A stretch of 42,513 bases of DNA from a virus. The stretch lies in IMG/VR virus record IMGVR_UViG_3300048605_000012; one strand, given 5' to 3'. Below are positions 10,801-18,615 of this stretch, piece after piece. Both the position numbers and the translations under genes were made by a program. The stretch's first letter is position 1, and each line of letters begins with the position of its first letter. The notes below the pieces were generated by a model. It ran no database searches. It was not told where the DNA came from and saw only the letters and a program-made list of their open reading frames with translations.

Positions 10801-12964
10801 TTATTTTTTCTAATAAGCCATCAACAATTTCAAGAATAGTTGAAAAGATAGATTCACCAACACTGCCAGCTTTCCATGCCTCTGAGAATTGGTTAGCTAT
10901 ATTTGATACTGCATTATTTAATTTTGTAACGATTTCTAACAGATTTCCCAAAATTGATTCGCCTAGTCCGTTGTCATTCCATGCATTTCTAAATGAATTC
11001 GCTACTTCATGCAATAAGCCCAGAATCGAATTCCACAAATCAAAATACGATTGAATCAGGCGTGTTCCTCGTCCGTTGTCTTCCCAAGCTCGTCTGAAAG
11101 CACTAGCGATATCACCAATTATTCCGAGTATATCTGCAAGCAGGATTAATATATTTTCTATGAAAAGCCGTCCTGTACCATTGGTCCAAACTTCCATAAA
11201 TGACCTGCCGATAGCAGAAGCCAAACCTATTACTTCACTTAATGCATATTTCCAAGCATCGATCACTCGTTGTCCTTGATTTTTCCATGCATCTTGGAAA
11301 GGCTTGAAGAAATCCTTCAACAAGTTTTGGATGTCTTTCATCCATTTAGGCGTAGAATAGGTACCAGTTGCAGCTCCAAAATCAATACCAGGAGCAGAAT
11401 CTTCTTTCTTTTCATCATCTGTATCCATCGTTAGCTTGTTGATTTGGTCAAATCCCATGAGAGACTTTTGTAGTTTCTTCACTTTTTCATTGGCTTTATT
11501 TGCGGAAGAACCAGTATCGTTTAGCGCTTGGATATTGTCATACAATCCACTAGCGCCTTGTTTTGCTGCATCATATGTTGTCCCGAATAGCATTGCAATA
11601 AAGGAAGCTAGCTGCCCTGTGAGCTGTGCCACCGTACTCATTAACGCATTCAATGCTGGTAAGATTGCCGTATATATTGGATAAAATGCCGTCATCAGGT
11701 TGACTTTAATCTGATTCAACGAAGCACTGAATTGATCGTTCGTTTTCAATGCTGACATCATACCGCTAGCCAGTTTAGTAATTGCGCCACCTAACAGCTG
11801 ATAAACGACCAATGAAGGTAATAGATATTTCATCGACTGGCCAAAAGCGTTCGTGCTTCCTGTCATTCGATTTGTTCCAGCTGTAACTTTGTTGGAATTA
11901 CTAGAAAATAGACTTCCGAACTTTCCAATAAATCCAAGAGAGTTCCTCAAGCCATTTCCGACGCTCCCAAATCCGTGTGAAACTGCATTGGACATACGGT
12001 TGAATACTCCGCCATATTTAGAAACAGCTCGCTCAGATTGCTTCAACCCTGAGCCTGTCATACTTGCACCGTTAGAAGCATTACCAGTTTGAATGGAGGA
12101 TTGGCCCAATGCAGAGTTAACTCGTTGTAGAGCCTTTCTCAATGTTTCTGCTCGATCTTCTGTTTGGGAATACTCCTTCTGTAGACGATCATTATCACTG
12201 ATTAATTTATTCATCTTGATTGATTGTTTTTGAATCTCACCAGACGTTTTCAGTGATTGAGGAGTATCCTCATAGTTCTTGAATCCAGATGTAAAGCTGC
12301 CAGTTGGCACACGTTGATCGTTATATTCTGCCTTTAATGTTCGAATTCGTTTTCTCATCGCTTCGATTTGAGACTCGTTTTGACTCATACCTTTTGTAAT
12401 GTTGTCCAGTGAAGAAGGAACTGCATCAAGTTCCCGTTTGATGGTATTACCCAATCCAGCTGCTTGATCTTTGAACTTCGTCATTTGCGCTTGCGCTCGG
12501 GCGATCTGTTCATCATATTTAACGACTTTGCCTGTATCCCCTTGACTCGATGCCGTTTGTCTTTGCGATTTCAGATAAGCAACCTTTTCTTGCGCTGCTT
12601 TCGCTTGGCCCATTTTAGCGTTGATTTCATTGATCATCGCATCAATTTCTTTGGTTACTTTCGGACGAGCTTTGCGAATACCAGAAGAAAAATTGTCACC
12701 AGCAGCTTCAGATGATTGCTTTGTCGATCGTTCGAAGTTTGATAACGTCTTCTCGAGTGCTTGATTCATTTTTTCTAGTTGTTTTGTGAAATTGCTAGCA
12801 CCTTTTTCAATATCCATATTCTTCTCAGTACGATCCATAGAGTTACCGGACATTTGTTGGATTCGACTCATAGCACTTTCAATTTGTGGCAGCACTCGTT
12901 CCAAAGACTGCTCAACTCTGGCAGTATTAATATCGAGGAGTACCTCAAGCGTTTCTAATTCCAT
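7817..12964 (-). CDS. Tape measure protein (1715 aa) with embedded M23-type peptidase and lytic transglycosylase (SLT) domains
   Basis: Size and position fit a TMP. A central hydrophobic Gly/Ala-rich block and an 11-residue-spaced Trp repeat (KWIGEKWDGIK...RWSETWSNTRSKWDEIK) are present. The M23 motifs are HGKHQAIDV and DHYDHLH (about 8660-8960). The SLT motifs are QIQRESGGN and GLLQYIPSTF (about 8330-8560). Confidence 0.9.
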   Translation of the reverse strand: MELETLEVLLDINTARVEQSLERVLPQIESAMSRIQQMSGNSMDRTEKNMDIEKGASNFTKQLEKMNQALEKTLSNFERSTKQSSEAAGDNFSSGIRKARPKVTKEIDAMINEINAKMGQAKAAQEKVAYLKSQRQTASSQGDTGKVVKYDEQIARAQAQMTKFKDQAAGLGNTIKRELDAVPSSLDNITKGMSQNESQIEAMRKRIRTLKAEYNDQRVPTGSFTSGFKNYEDTPQSLKTSGEIQKQSIKMNKLISDNDRLQKEYSQTEDRAETLRKALQRVNSALGQSSIQTGNASNGASMTGSGLKQSERAVSKYGGVFNRMSNAVSHGFGSVGNGLRNSLGFIGKFGSLFSSNSNKVTAGTNRMTGSTNAFGQSMKYLLPSLVVYQLLGGAITKLASGMMSALKTNDQFSASLNQIKVNLMTAFYPIYTAILPALNALMSTVAQLTGQLASFIAMLFGTTYDAAKQGASGLYDNIQALNDTGSSANKANEKVKKLQKSLMGFDQINKLTMDTDDEKKEDSAPGIDFGAATGTYSTPKWMKDIQNLLKDFFKPFQDAWKNQGQRVIDAWKYALSEVIGLASAIGRSFMEVWTNGTGRLFIENILILLADILGIIGDIASAFRRAWEDNGRGTRLIQSYFDLWNSILGLLHEVANSFRNAWNDNGLGESILGNLLEIVTKLNNAVSNIANQFSEAWKAGSVGESIFSTILEIVDGLLEKISVMAGATEEWGKKLNFTPLLSSIEGLLKSIQPLAENIGAGLAWFYENVLLPLAKFTIENVIPAFLDLLSGALNLLNGIIEGLKPAFKWLWDNFLKPIATWTGGVVVEFIESLADVLSDIGDWITKHSEGFSNFVIVFGTFVATLKLLSILSTVVGVLSSIFGFLSSIGGLAGILSAVGSAIGGVVAVLGGPITIAIAATVAAGVLLWKNWDTIKEAAGKLGKWIGEKWDGIKTATSEAWGKVTKWTSEKWNDAKKTVSDKASDIWKSVSNRWSDVKKNTKDTWDNFSTTISSKAKTAKENASTRLQELKRNVSDRWSETWSNTRSKWDEIKDKVSNQAGAAKNNASNAFSTLRTNMSNSLNSMKSTASSVFEKIGDWANGLGSKIGKGLSNGVKSVKDGAGKIFNGMISVIGKGVNGVIDGINWVLKKVGAGKSTLSSWEVPKYARGTGYHPGGPALVNDGLGSNYQEAYRTPDGRTGIFPAQRNLMVNLPKGTSVLSGPKTAAMYGVPAYANGIGDWFKEKWNGAKEIASDIWSYASNPKKLLNAAVSKFVNLSNAFEPALSMAKGAVGTVAEGSYEWFKSKFAAGHEAQNSSFDGSMGSWGVYKYLYDIARKTVDRYPGMRITSGFRPGDPHSHGKHQAIDVAYPASMNGSSKYMAPANWVFDNFASKVAYVITQGKVRDRKGMSGTGSSGSWVRWPQNDHYDHLHINGSLGPSDIDKNASFGAIGGAAVGNGGWTSKIKQAASKLGQRISSSEINGVLAQIQRESGGNQSITQSSAVWDINMANGNPARGLLQYIPSTFNAYKLRGYENIFNGYHQLLAFFNNSNWRYDLPYGRRGWGPTGRRIVGYENGGIVNQDGLYRMGEGNKKEMVIPLEKPQRAAELIQQAVEYLGLDMFNSSIVLPEMFQEPTFTPSNSTFSNNNQMNYEGGGMKDFTSSMVTTLMNAISALGATPTQAPNGDIVINIGGKEFGRIAVKEINKYHQQLGYTELNI

Positions 12965-12974
12965 GCTTTCTCAC

Positions 12975-13457
12975 CTACCTTTCTTCTAGAAGTTTTCTTC
13001 TCTCTCGTGTTGCGTTGATTGCGTGTGCTTGGGCTAGGAAAATTTCTTGATCCCGCTTCATCGCGTCTTGCTTTGATTCCTCTTCTGTTTTGGCTTCCTC
13101 AACTGCTTGCTCAATCTGTTTGAGAAATGGATATGCGTCTTCAAATTTTGGAAACTTCTTCGGATCGTTAAAAGCAAAAACAGCTAAGCGTTGCTGAGAA
13201 TAGTCAAACATTGCTTTTTCCTTCAACTCATTCTCTTTAACTTTCTTGTTTGCTTTCACTTGTATCATAATTTCTTCAAGCGTCATTCCCCAGTACTCAG
13301 TAGCAGGGATTCCTGCTTCAACCGCTTGAGGATACATGTGCTCAAGCATTTCAGATAAATTAGAGAAGTTTTTTACAGAAGACTGTCTTCGCTGTTCGTC
13401 TGATCCAAAGATTCCCCATCTGTCGGTTCGTTCTCCGTTTCTTTCTTTCCGAAAAAA
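12975..13457 (-). CDS. Tail assembly chaperone, -1 frameshift extension (gpT-like part, expressed as a fusion with 13373..13780)
   Basis: The -1 frame is open from about 13463 through 12975 and overlaps the 3' end of the upstream gene. The slippery heptamer T_TTT_TTC lies at 13457-13451. Confidence 0.7.
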   Translation of the reverse strand, partial: FFRKERNGERTDRWGIFGSDEQRRQSSVKNFSNLSEMLEHMYPQAVEAGIPATEYWGMTLEEIMIQVKANKKVKENELKEKAMFDYSQQRLAVFAFNDPKKFPKFEDAYPFLKQIEQAVEEAKTEEESKQDAMKRDQEIFLAQAHAINATRERRKLLEER

Positions 13458-13780
13458 CCTGCTTCATCCAAGAATTCATTCACTTCACCAAATAGATCCA
13501 TAGTTGTTTTCCCAGAATCTAGGTATTGTTCGAATGCTTCAGTGATAACTTTATCCGTTACACCGCTTGTTTTATTTGCACCTTGCAACACGATCAGCAA
13601 ACTATTTGATGGAGGTAATTTGATTTCTCCTTGTTTCTTAACGAATAAGCCCATGATGCCTTCATCTAATCGTTTTTCAATTGCTAAAACGGCTTTACCA
13701 TCCAATCGGAGTTGTAAAGTTAGATCCCCTAGTTCGAATGGTGTTGTGTGTGGAAATTGTGCAATATTGTTTTTTGACAT
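13373..13780 (-). CDS. Tail assembly chaperone (gpG-like, 135 aa)
   Basis: Sits between the major tail protein and the TMP, has an acidic C-terminus, and is followed by an overlapping -1 ORF. Confidence 0.75.
   Translation of the reverse strand: MSKNNIAQFPHTTPFELGDLTLQLRLDGKAVLAIEKRLDEGIMGLFVKKQGEIKLPPSNSLLIVLQGANKTSGVTDKVITEAFEQYLDSGKTTMDLFGEVNEFLDEAGFFGKKETENEPTDGESLDQTNSEDSLL
13451..13457 (-). promoter_or_regulatory. Programmed -1 ribosomal frameshift slippery site (U_UUU_UUC)
   Basis: The heptamer is in register with the zero frame (GGT TTT TTC). The -1 frame is open across it into 12975..13349. Confidence 0.65.
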
Positions 13781-13798
13781 AGTTATTTTCCTCCTAAG

Positions 13799-13825
13799 AT
13801 AAAAAGGCTAGTCTTTCGACTAACC
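13799..13825 (-). terminator. Rho-independent terminator after the major tail protein/Ig extension
   Basis: On the minus strand, GGTTAGTC-GAAA-GACTAGCC is followed by TTTTTATC. Confidence 0.7.
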
Positions 13826-14110
13826 TTCCTCTGGTTCTGTTAATGTTAAAACGTGTGTGTCTTTTTTATTCCCGGCATTTGTTGTACCTGTTGTTGTATA
13901 GGTTCCTGGCGGCACATCTGCAGTCCAGGTAATATTCCCAGTGTTCGATACTGCTAAACCTGCAGTAGTTGGTGCAATTGTATACTTAACAGTTTTATCA
14001 GTAGCATCACTAGGTGATACAGTTGCTGTCAATTGACGATTTGATGCAGTCCCCGCAACTGCGGTAGATGTCTTCGGTGACAAAGTAACCGACTCGGGGT
14101 TGATTACTTT
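13820..14110 (-). CDS. Ig-like (Big_2-type) C-terminal extension of the major tail protein, reached by a -1 frameshift
   Basis: The -1 frame is open from 14137 across the MTP stop codon. The sequence VTLSPKTSTAVAGTASNRQLTATVSPSDATDKTVKYT...GNITWTA is Big_2-like. There is no RBS or ATG of its own. Confidence 0.6.
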   Translation of the reverse strand, partial: KVINPESVTLSPKTSTAVAGTASNRQLTATVSPSDATDKTVKYTIAPTTAGLAVSNTGNITWTADVPPGTYTTTGTTNAGNKKDTHVLTLTEPEEG

Positions 14111-14517
14111 GCCGGCGCAGGTGTCATAGTCGGCCCTTCACTAACAACCACACCTAAGTTAAATCCAATGGCTTGATTGACTTCTGCGCCATCAAATTTG
14201 TAATATGGTTCTCCAGTAAACTCTGATTTTAATCCATCTGGATATGTGATTGTCCAATCGACCGATTTTTTTGATTCAACCAAGGCGTGAATATCACGGA
14301 AGTTATCTCCTTGATATACGATCGCAAATTCTAAGTTGTCAGTATCTTCGATACCTTTGATATAAGCTTTCTTTTCTGATCCCAAGTGTGTAACGTCTAC
14401 TTTCTCTGGGTCACTACCCAAAGCCGGGATAGATTTAACTGCTGCAACAGTTTTTGTCGTTGAACCATCTTTATATGTTAAGACAGTTCCTTTTGATAAT
14501 AGTCCTGCAAAATCCAT
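14104..14517 (-). CDS. Major tail protein (137 aa)
   Basis: Sits upstream of the chaperone pair, has a strong RBS (AGGAGGAATTAC), and is followed by a frameshift-accessible Ig domain. Confidence 0.75.
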   Translation of the reverse strand: MDFAGLLSKGTVLTYKDGSTTKTVAAVKSIPALGSDPEKVDVTHLGSEKKAYIKGIEDTDNLEFAIVYQGDNFRDIHALVESKKSVDWTITYPDGLKSEFTGEPYYKFDGAEVNQAIGFNLGVVVSEGPTMTPAPAK

Positions 14518-14529
14518 GTGTAATTCCTC

Positions 14530-14895
14530 CTATTTTTTGTATACATATTTTGTAACATTATCAACTACAGCTGTTACTTCAACGATGATCCGCTTTAGAT
14601 CAGCCGTGTTAGCATCTTTAGCGGTACCAGAAAAACCAATACTACCGAATGTGCTTAAAACACTTTCAGCAATACTGGTCTGGCTTTTGTCTCCGTACAA
14701 TTCAACTGTGATTGTCCAATCTGTTTGTAACTCATTACCCAACGAATCGATCTGATGTGGTTTATTGGCTGTCCGATAAATTGCTAATGGGAATGTATTC
14801 CAACTTGAAGGATAGTCCGTCGCAATCTTTTTGATGTCAGTGACAGCTTGTAATACTTCAACGGTGACTGTCTTCATCTTCACACGTTCCATCAC
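14530..14895 (-). CDS. Tail completion / head-tail joining protein (121 aa)
   Basis: Assigned by synteny. Its start overlaps the upstream stop (GTGATG). Confidence 0.55.
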   Translation of the reverse strand: MMERVKMKTVTVEVLQAVTDIKKIATDYPSSWNTFPLAIYRTANKPHQIDSLGNELQTDWTITVELYGDKSQTSIAESVLSTFGSIGFSGTAKDANTADLKRIIVEVTAVVDNVTKYVYKK

Positions 14896-15443
14896 TTCAA
14901 CTCCCTTAACTTGCGTTGTACATGTTCTTTGTAGATTTCTGGCGCTTCACCGATCAAATCTACTAAAGAAGGATACAAGAACGGTCGTGCTGGCTGTCCT
15001 ATGGTAATGTAGAAGTCTGTACCTTGAACAGTCACACGAGGAATACCGTATATAGCTTCTAAATCCACCGCAACATCTTTCGCTGGGATAAACCATGCTG
15101 TTTGCGAATAGACTGGTGTAAATCCTTCTGGCAAATCTTTAGGACTAGCTTCACCGACAGGACCTGTACCAACTTCGCGAAATAGTGCTTCTTGCTTGTC
15201 GGACCAGACACGTCCAACAATTTGGTTCTGTGCATTAATCACGACTTCGTTTTTCAAACTACCCAACAATTCACCACTAGAATATTTCATGCTAGATGAC
15301 AATCGCAGTTCTGCGGCTTGCTTAATCAACTCGGTGATTTCAAAAGTCGCATCCCACATCGCATCATCCAAGATTTGCGGTATCGCTTTGACTTTTCGCC
15401 GTAAACTTTCAAGGCCTTTGATTTCAACTCCCACGATTATCAT
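14892..15443 (-). CDS. HK97 gp10-like head-tail joining protein (183 aa)
   Basis: Assigned by synteny and size. The N-terminus VGVEIKGLESLRRKV is typical of this family (from memory). Confidence 0.55.
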   Translation of the reverse strand: MIIVGVEIKGLESLRRKVKAIPQILDDAMWDATFEITELIKQAAELRLSSSMKYSSGELLGSLKNEVVINAQNQIVGRVWSDKQEALFREVGTGPVGEASPKDLPEGFTPVYSQTAWFIPAKDVAVDLEAIYGIPRVTVQGTDFYITIGQPARPFLYPSLVDLIGEAPEIYKEHVQRKLRELK

Positions 15444-15774
15444 TCCTTTCTAGCATAATGTTCTTGTGTGTCGAAAATGTCTGGATAGATTTGATTGTGA
15501 AATCTGGCTCTTCATCTTTGCCAACATATACGCAAACGCCATCTAGTTCGTTATGTGCCTCGTTAATCACAAAACCTTGGTATTTACATGCTTTCATTGT
15601 TTCGAGCTTGCTGCCATAGATTTGGGCATTTATCGTACCACTTGCAGCCTGTACATTCATACGCAACTCAATTGGTTCAAATGGGTATGTGATTATTTCT
15701 TCTGCTTCTTCGTCATGAGTGACTTTTCGCTTTTTTAGGTAGACTGTTTGCAAGTCTCGTTCTCTAAGTCTCAT
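15424..15774 (-). CDS. Head closure / head-tail adaptor protein (116 aa)
   Basis: Assigned by synteny between the connector and the gp10-like gene. Confidence 0.5.
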   Translation of the reverse strand: MRLRERDLQTVYLKKRKVTHDEEAEEIITYPFEPIELRMNVQAASGTINAQIYGSKLETMKACKYQGFVINEAHNELDGVCVYVGKDEEPDFTIKSIQTFSTHKNIMLERNDNRGS

Positions 15775-16106
15775 CTGAACGACCTCACTTTTGCTACTCT
15801 ATAGCGATTGAGTTTTGATCGAATCTTTGCAGGAATACCAATTTCGAACGATTGAGATACACCGCCCTCAGTACGGGCTGTTTCCCCTTCGTTGCCTTCA
15901 GTATTTCTGCGAAAGATATACAAATCTTTAACAGAAGATGGCATATTGCCCACAAGCACATCACGATTGCAATAATCCAAGGCATCATACATGGCATCTT
16001 TGATATCATCTTTCAATACCTCAATAGCCGTTGGATCCGTGATAGAAAACTTACGCCCTAGTTCGACAGCAAGCGTATCTAGGACGACTTGGTTTTGTTC
16101 TTTCAT
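15771..16106 (-). CDS. gp6-like head-tail connector protein (111 aa)
   Basis: Assigned by synteny directly after the capsid genes. Its end is coupled to the next gene through an ATGA overlap. Confidence 0.55.
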   Translation of the reverse strand: MKEQNQVVLDTLAVELGRKFSITDPTAIEVLKDDIKDAMYDALDYCNRDVLVGNMPSSVKDLYIFRRNTEGNEGETARTEGGVSQSFEIGIPAKIRSKLNRYRVAKVRSFR

Positions 16107-16119
16107 AAGCTATCACACC

Positions 16120-16380
16120 TTACAAAGTTACTTGATTGTCATTCATTAGCTGAATCAACGCATCCCGATCAGCTTCTTCAGGAATATCAATCTCTGCAGC
16201 CTCAAGCGCTTTGCGCAAAGTAGCTTCTTTGACTCCCTTGAATGGAACATTTTCAATTTCTTCGATTTTATCAAACAAATCATCATTCATATGTTCGTTT
16301 TCAATCGTTAGTTCTTTACCAGAAACATATCGTTTCCCCGCATAAAATACGGGGATATCTTTTACTTTGACTTTAAACAT
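16120..16380 (-). CDS. Hypothetical small head-module protein (86 aa)
   Basis: ORF with an RBS immediately downstream of the major capsid gene. Confidence 0.6.
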   Translation of the reverse strand: MFKVKVKDIPVFYAGKRYVSGKELTIENEHMNDDLFDKIEEIENVPFKGVKEATLRKALEAAEIDIPEEADRDALIQLMNDNQVTL

Positions 16381-16391
16381 TGTTTTTCCTC

Positions 16392-17414
16392 CTATGCGAT
16401 TGGTTGTGCTTGGAATACTTCATCAGCAGCTGCAAATGAAGGCAATGCAGTTGCAACAGCTTTCGTCCAAGTTCCGACAGGATCACGCGTTTCATCGTAA
16501 ACAGATGCCAATACATTGCTGACAAGCGTAGTATCAACTGCTGGGTCACGAGTTAAACGCGTTTCTTCAGCGGTTGGCCCATATAATGTTTCACCCAACA
16601 AGTCGTCATTGAACATTGCAAATTTGTTTTCTGGGAAATATTTCTTAGTAGTATATTTCCCATTAGCTTCCTGTACTTTGTATTTTTCATCGTAAGTACG
16701 GATCACTGGATACCCATGAGTTTCCATGAACGCATCCAAGTCAGCTTGAGAAACTATACGACCAGAATCTTTACCGAAGATTGCAGCAATGATTTTAGGA
16801 TGGGTAGCAAGCGCACGATAAATTTTGCGAGAAGTCAATGCACGAGTTGGCTTAGTATCCAATACATCAATCCAACGTTCAATATCAGCTAATGGATCAG
16901 AATTTTCATTCGTCCATACATTTGTGCCAGTCAAAGCTTCTTTATGTTCAGCAGGCACATGGTAATCAAGCGTGAAGTTCAAACCATTTTCTTTAACAGT
17001 CACTTGGCCAGCAGCTAATACTTCCATCCGCATAGCTTCAACACGAGCCCGGACACCAGCTACTAACTGATCGATGTCATTGTAGACTTGACCTACTACA
17101 TATGCTTGTTCTGCAGGCGTGCGTGGATTCTCTAATGCAATGATGTCTGTTTCTTTCAATTGCATTTTGCGTTTGATCAAGCTCAGTTCCAACTCTTGCT
17201 TATTAGCAATACGGCTGCCAATTTCCGCCTCAGTATCGAAGTCGTGGATAGATGCCGCGATAGGGATACGGCTACCACCGCTTAATTGATCCAATTTCAA
17301 AGAAGGTTGTTTGCGTTCAGGGAAAAGAGTTTCACCTAGCAAAGGTTTATATTCGCGATCACGAACATAGCTTAAAACTTCATTCTGTGTAAATAATTCC
17401 ATAATTGTTGGCAT
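16392..17414 (-). CDS. Major capsid protein (340 aa, gpE-like family)
   Basis: Size and position fit. The N-terminal pattern LFTQNEVLSYVRDREYKPLLGETLFPERK resembles the capsid-E family. Confidence 0.8.
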   Translation of the reverse strand: MPTIMELFTQNEVLSYVRDREYKPLLGETLFPERKQPSLKLDQLSGGSRIPIAASIHDFDTEAEIGSRIANKQELELSLIKRKMQLKETDIIALENPRTPAEQAYVVGQVYNDIDQLVAGVRARVEAMRMEVLAAGQVTVKENGLNFTLDYHVPAEHKEALTGTNVWTNENSDPLADIERWIDVLDTKPTRALTSRKIYRALATHPKIIAAIFGKDSGRIVSQADLDAFMETHGYPVIRTYDEKYKVQEANGKYTTKKYFPENKFAMFNDDLLGETLYGPTAEETRLTRDPAVDTTLVSNVLASVYDETRDPVGTWTKAVATALPSFAAADEVFQAQPIA

Positions 17415-17436
17415 GTTTATTTCCTCCTGCTTTCTT

Positions 17437-17763
17437 TTATTCTCCGCTGCCAGCGGCTACTTTTGGTTTTTTGTTAGCATCTAAGAAAGTGATATTCTTC
17501 AATGAAGTGATTGCAGCATCCGTGGGTGCTTCTGGCAAACGATCAGCCAAAACATAACCACCTACAAGGATCGCTACTGGTTGCGAGCCTGTTTCGGCAT
17601 CCGCAGTTACTGAATTAAATACAATACCTAAAGCTGTAGCGTCATTCGCTGGATAGATTTCACCTGCTTCGAAAGATTTGTCAGCTTGATAGGTAAAGTT
17701 TTGAAATTTTGCACTAGCTAAGAAGTTTAAATGCTCAGCTGTTTTAATTGGTTTTACGTACAT
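17437..17763 (-). CDS. Putative head decoration / accessory capsid protein (108 aa)
   Basis: Sits between the scaffold and major capsid genes. Confidence 0.45.
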   Translation of the reverse strand: MYVKPIKTAEHLNFLASAKFQNFTYQADKSFEAGEIYPANDATALGIVFNSVTADAETGSQPVAILVGGYVLADRLPEAPTDAAITSLKNITFLDANKKPKVAAGSGE

Positions 17764-17784
17764 TTGTTTTTCCTCCTATTTTTT

Positions 17785-18450
17785 TTATTTCCAAAAGTTG
17801 TCGTTTTCTGCTTTTGCACGACTGTTTGCATTTTTGGCATATTGACTACCGATTGATTCTGCACCTGAACCACCACCGTTACCTGCTGGGTTATCAGCTG
17901 ATCCTGCAAGACGAATGTTGACTGCTTGTTCAACTGCTTCACGAAAGGCTTTAGATACATTGCCATAAGCTTCATCCAAATTCTTTTCATCACCGCCGAA
18001 CAGTGGTGCCAAAACAGTTGAGAGCGAATCAGGCAGTTTATCAGTAGCAAGCCGTTTGATTGTACCCGCTTCGTCTTTATCCCGCTTCAGAGCCACACGA
18101 TCGGCTTCTAATTGATCACGTTCTTGTTGCAACTCGTATTGCGCTTTTTCTTCGGCAGACATTTGACCTTTTTTCTCAGCATCTTTGATTTTTTTATCTG
18201 CTTCTTCTTGCCATTTAGCCTGTGCTGTTTCGATAGCTTTAGAAATACGTTTGTCAACAACAGAATCAAATTCAGATTGGCTGGTAAAAGAAATTGTTTT
18301 ACTTTCTCCATCGCCTTCACCGCTACCTTGACCACCGTCTGCACCATCACCATCGCCACCATCAGCAAAGAATTGCAGTTTCATCTTCATCAACCGATTG
18401 CCGCATTTTTGTCCTACAAATTGGTCCATTAACAATTTATTCTCTTTCAT
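17785..18450 (-). CDS. Scaffolding protein (221 aa from MKENKLL; DUF4355-like)
   Basis: RBS AAAGGAGAAAGCT before the ATG at 18450. It has the MKLQFFA motif, a Gly/Asp-rich linker and coiled-coil content. Confidence 0.75.
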   Translation of the reverse strand: MKENKLLMDQFVGQKCGNRLMKMKLQFFADGGDGDGADGGQGSGEGDGESKTISFTSQSEFDSVVDKRISKAIETAQAKWQEEADKKIKDAEKKGQMSAEEKAQYELQQERDQLEADRVALKRDKDEAGTIKRLATDKLPDSLSTVLAPLFGGDEKNLDEAYGNVSKAFREAVEQAVNIRLAGSADNPAGNGGGSGAESIGSQYAKNANSRAKAENDNFWK

Positions 18451-18615
18451 AGCTTTCTCCTTTACCCATGCACACTCAAAACAGGCATAACAAAAAGCAC
18501 CCCATCCACGCATTCGCCCAAACACAGTGCTCTCACTTTTGTATTCTATTTTGAACCCACACACGTTATTAGATTATTGCTCACTTAATTTGTAAAGCCC
18601 CAAGTAGCTAATGGG

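Noticed and set aside
17754-18432. Overlapping alternative-frame ORFs in the scaffold gene (17754..18050, 18108..18368, 18112..18432)
   Set aside because: They are shadow ORFs in a Lys/Glu/Ala-biased coiled-coil gene and have no independent translation signals.
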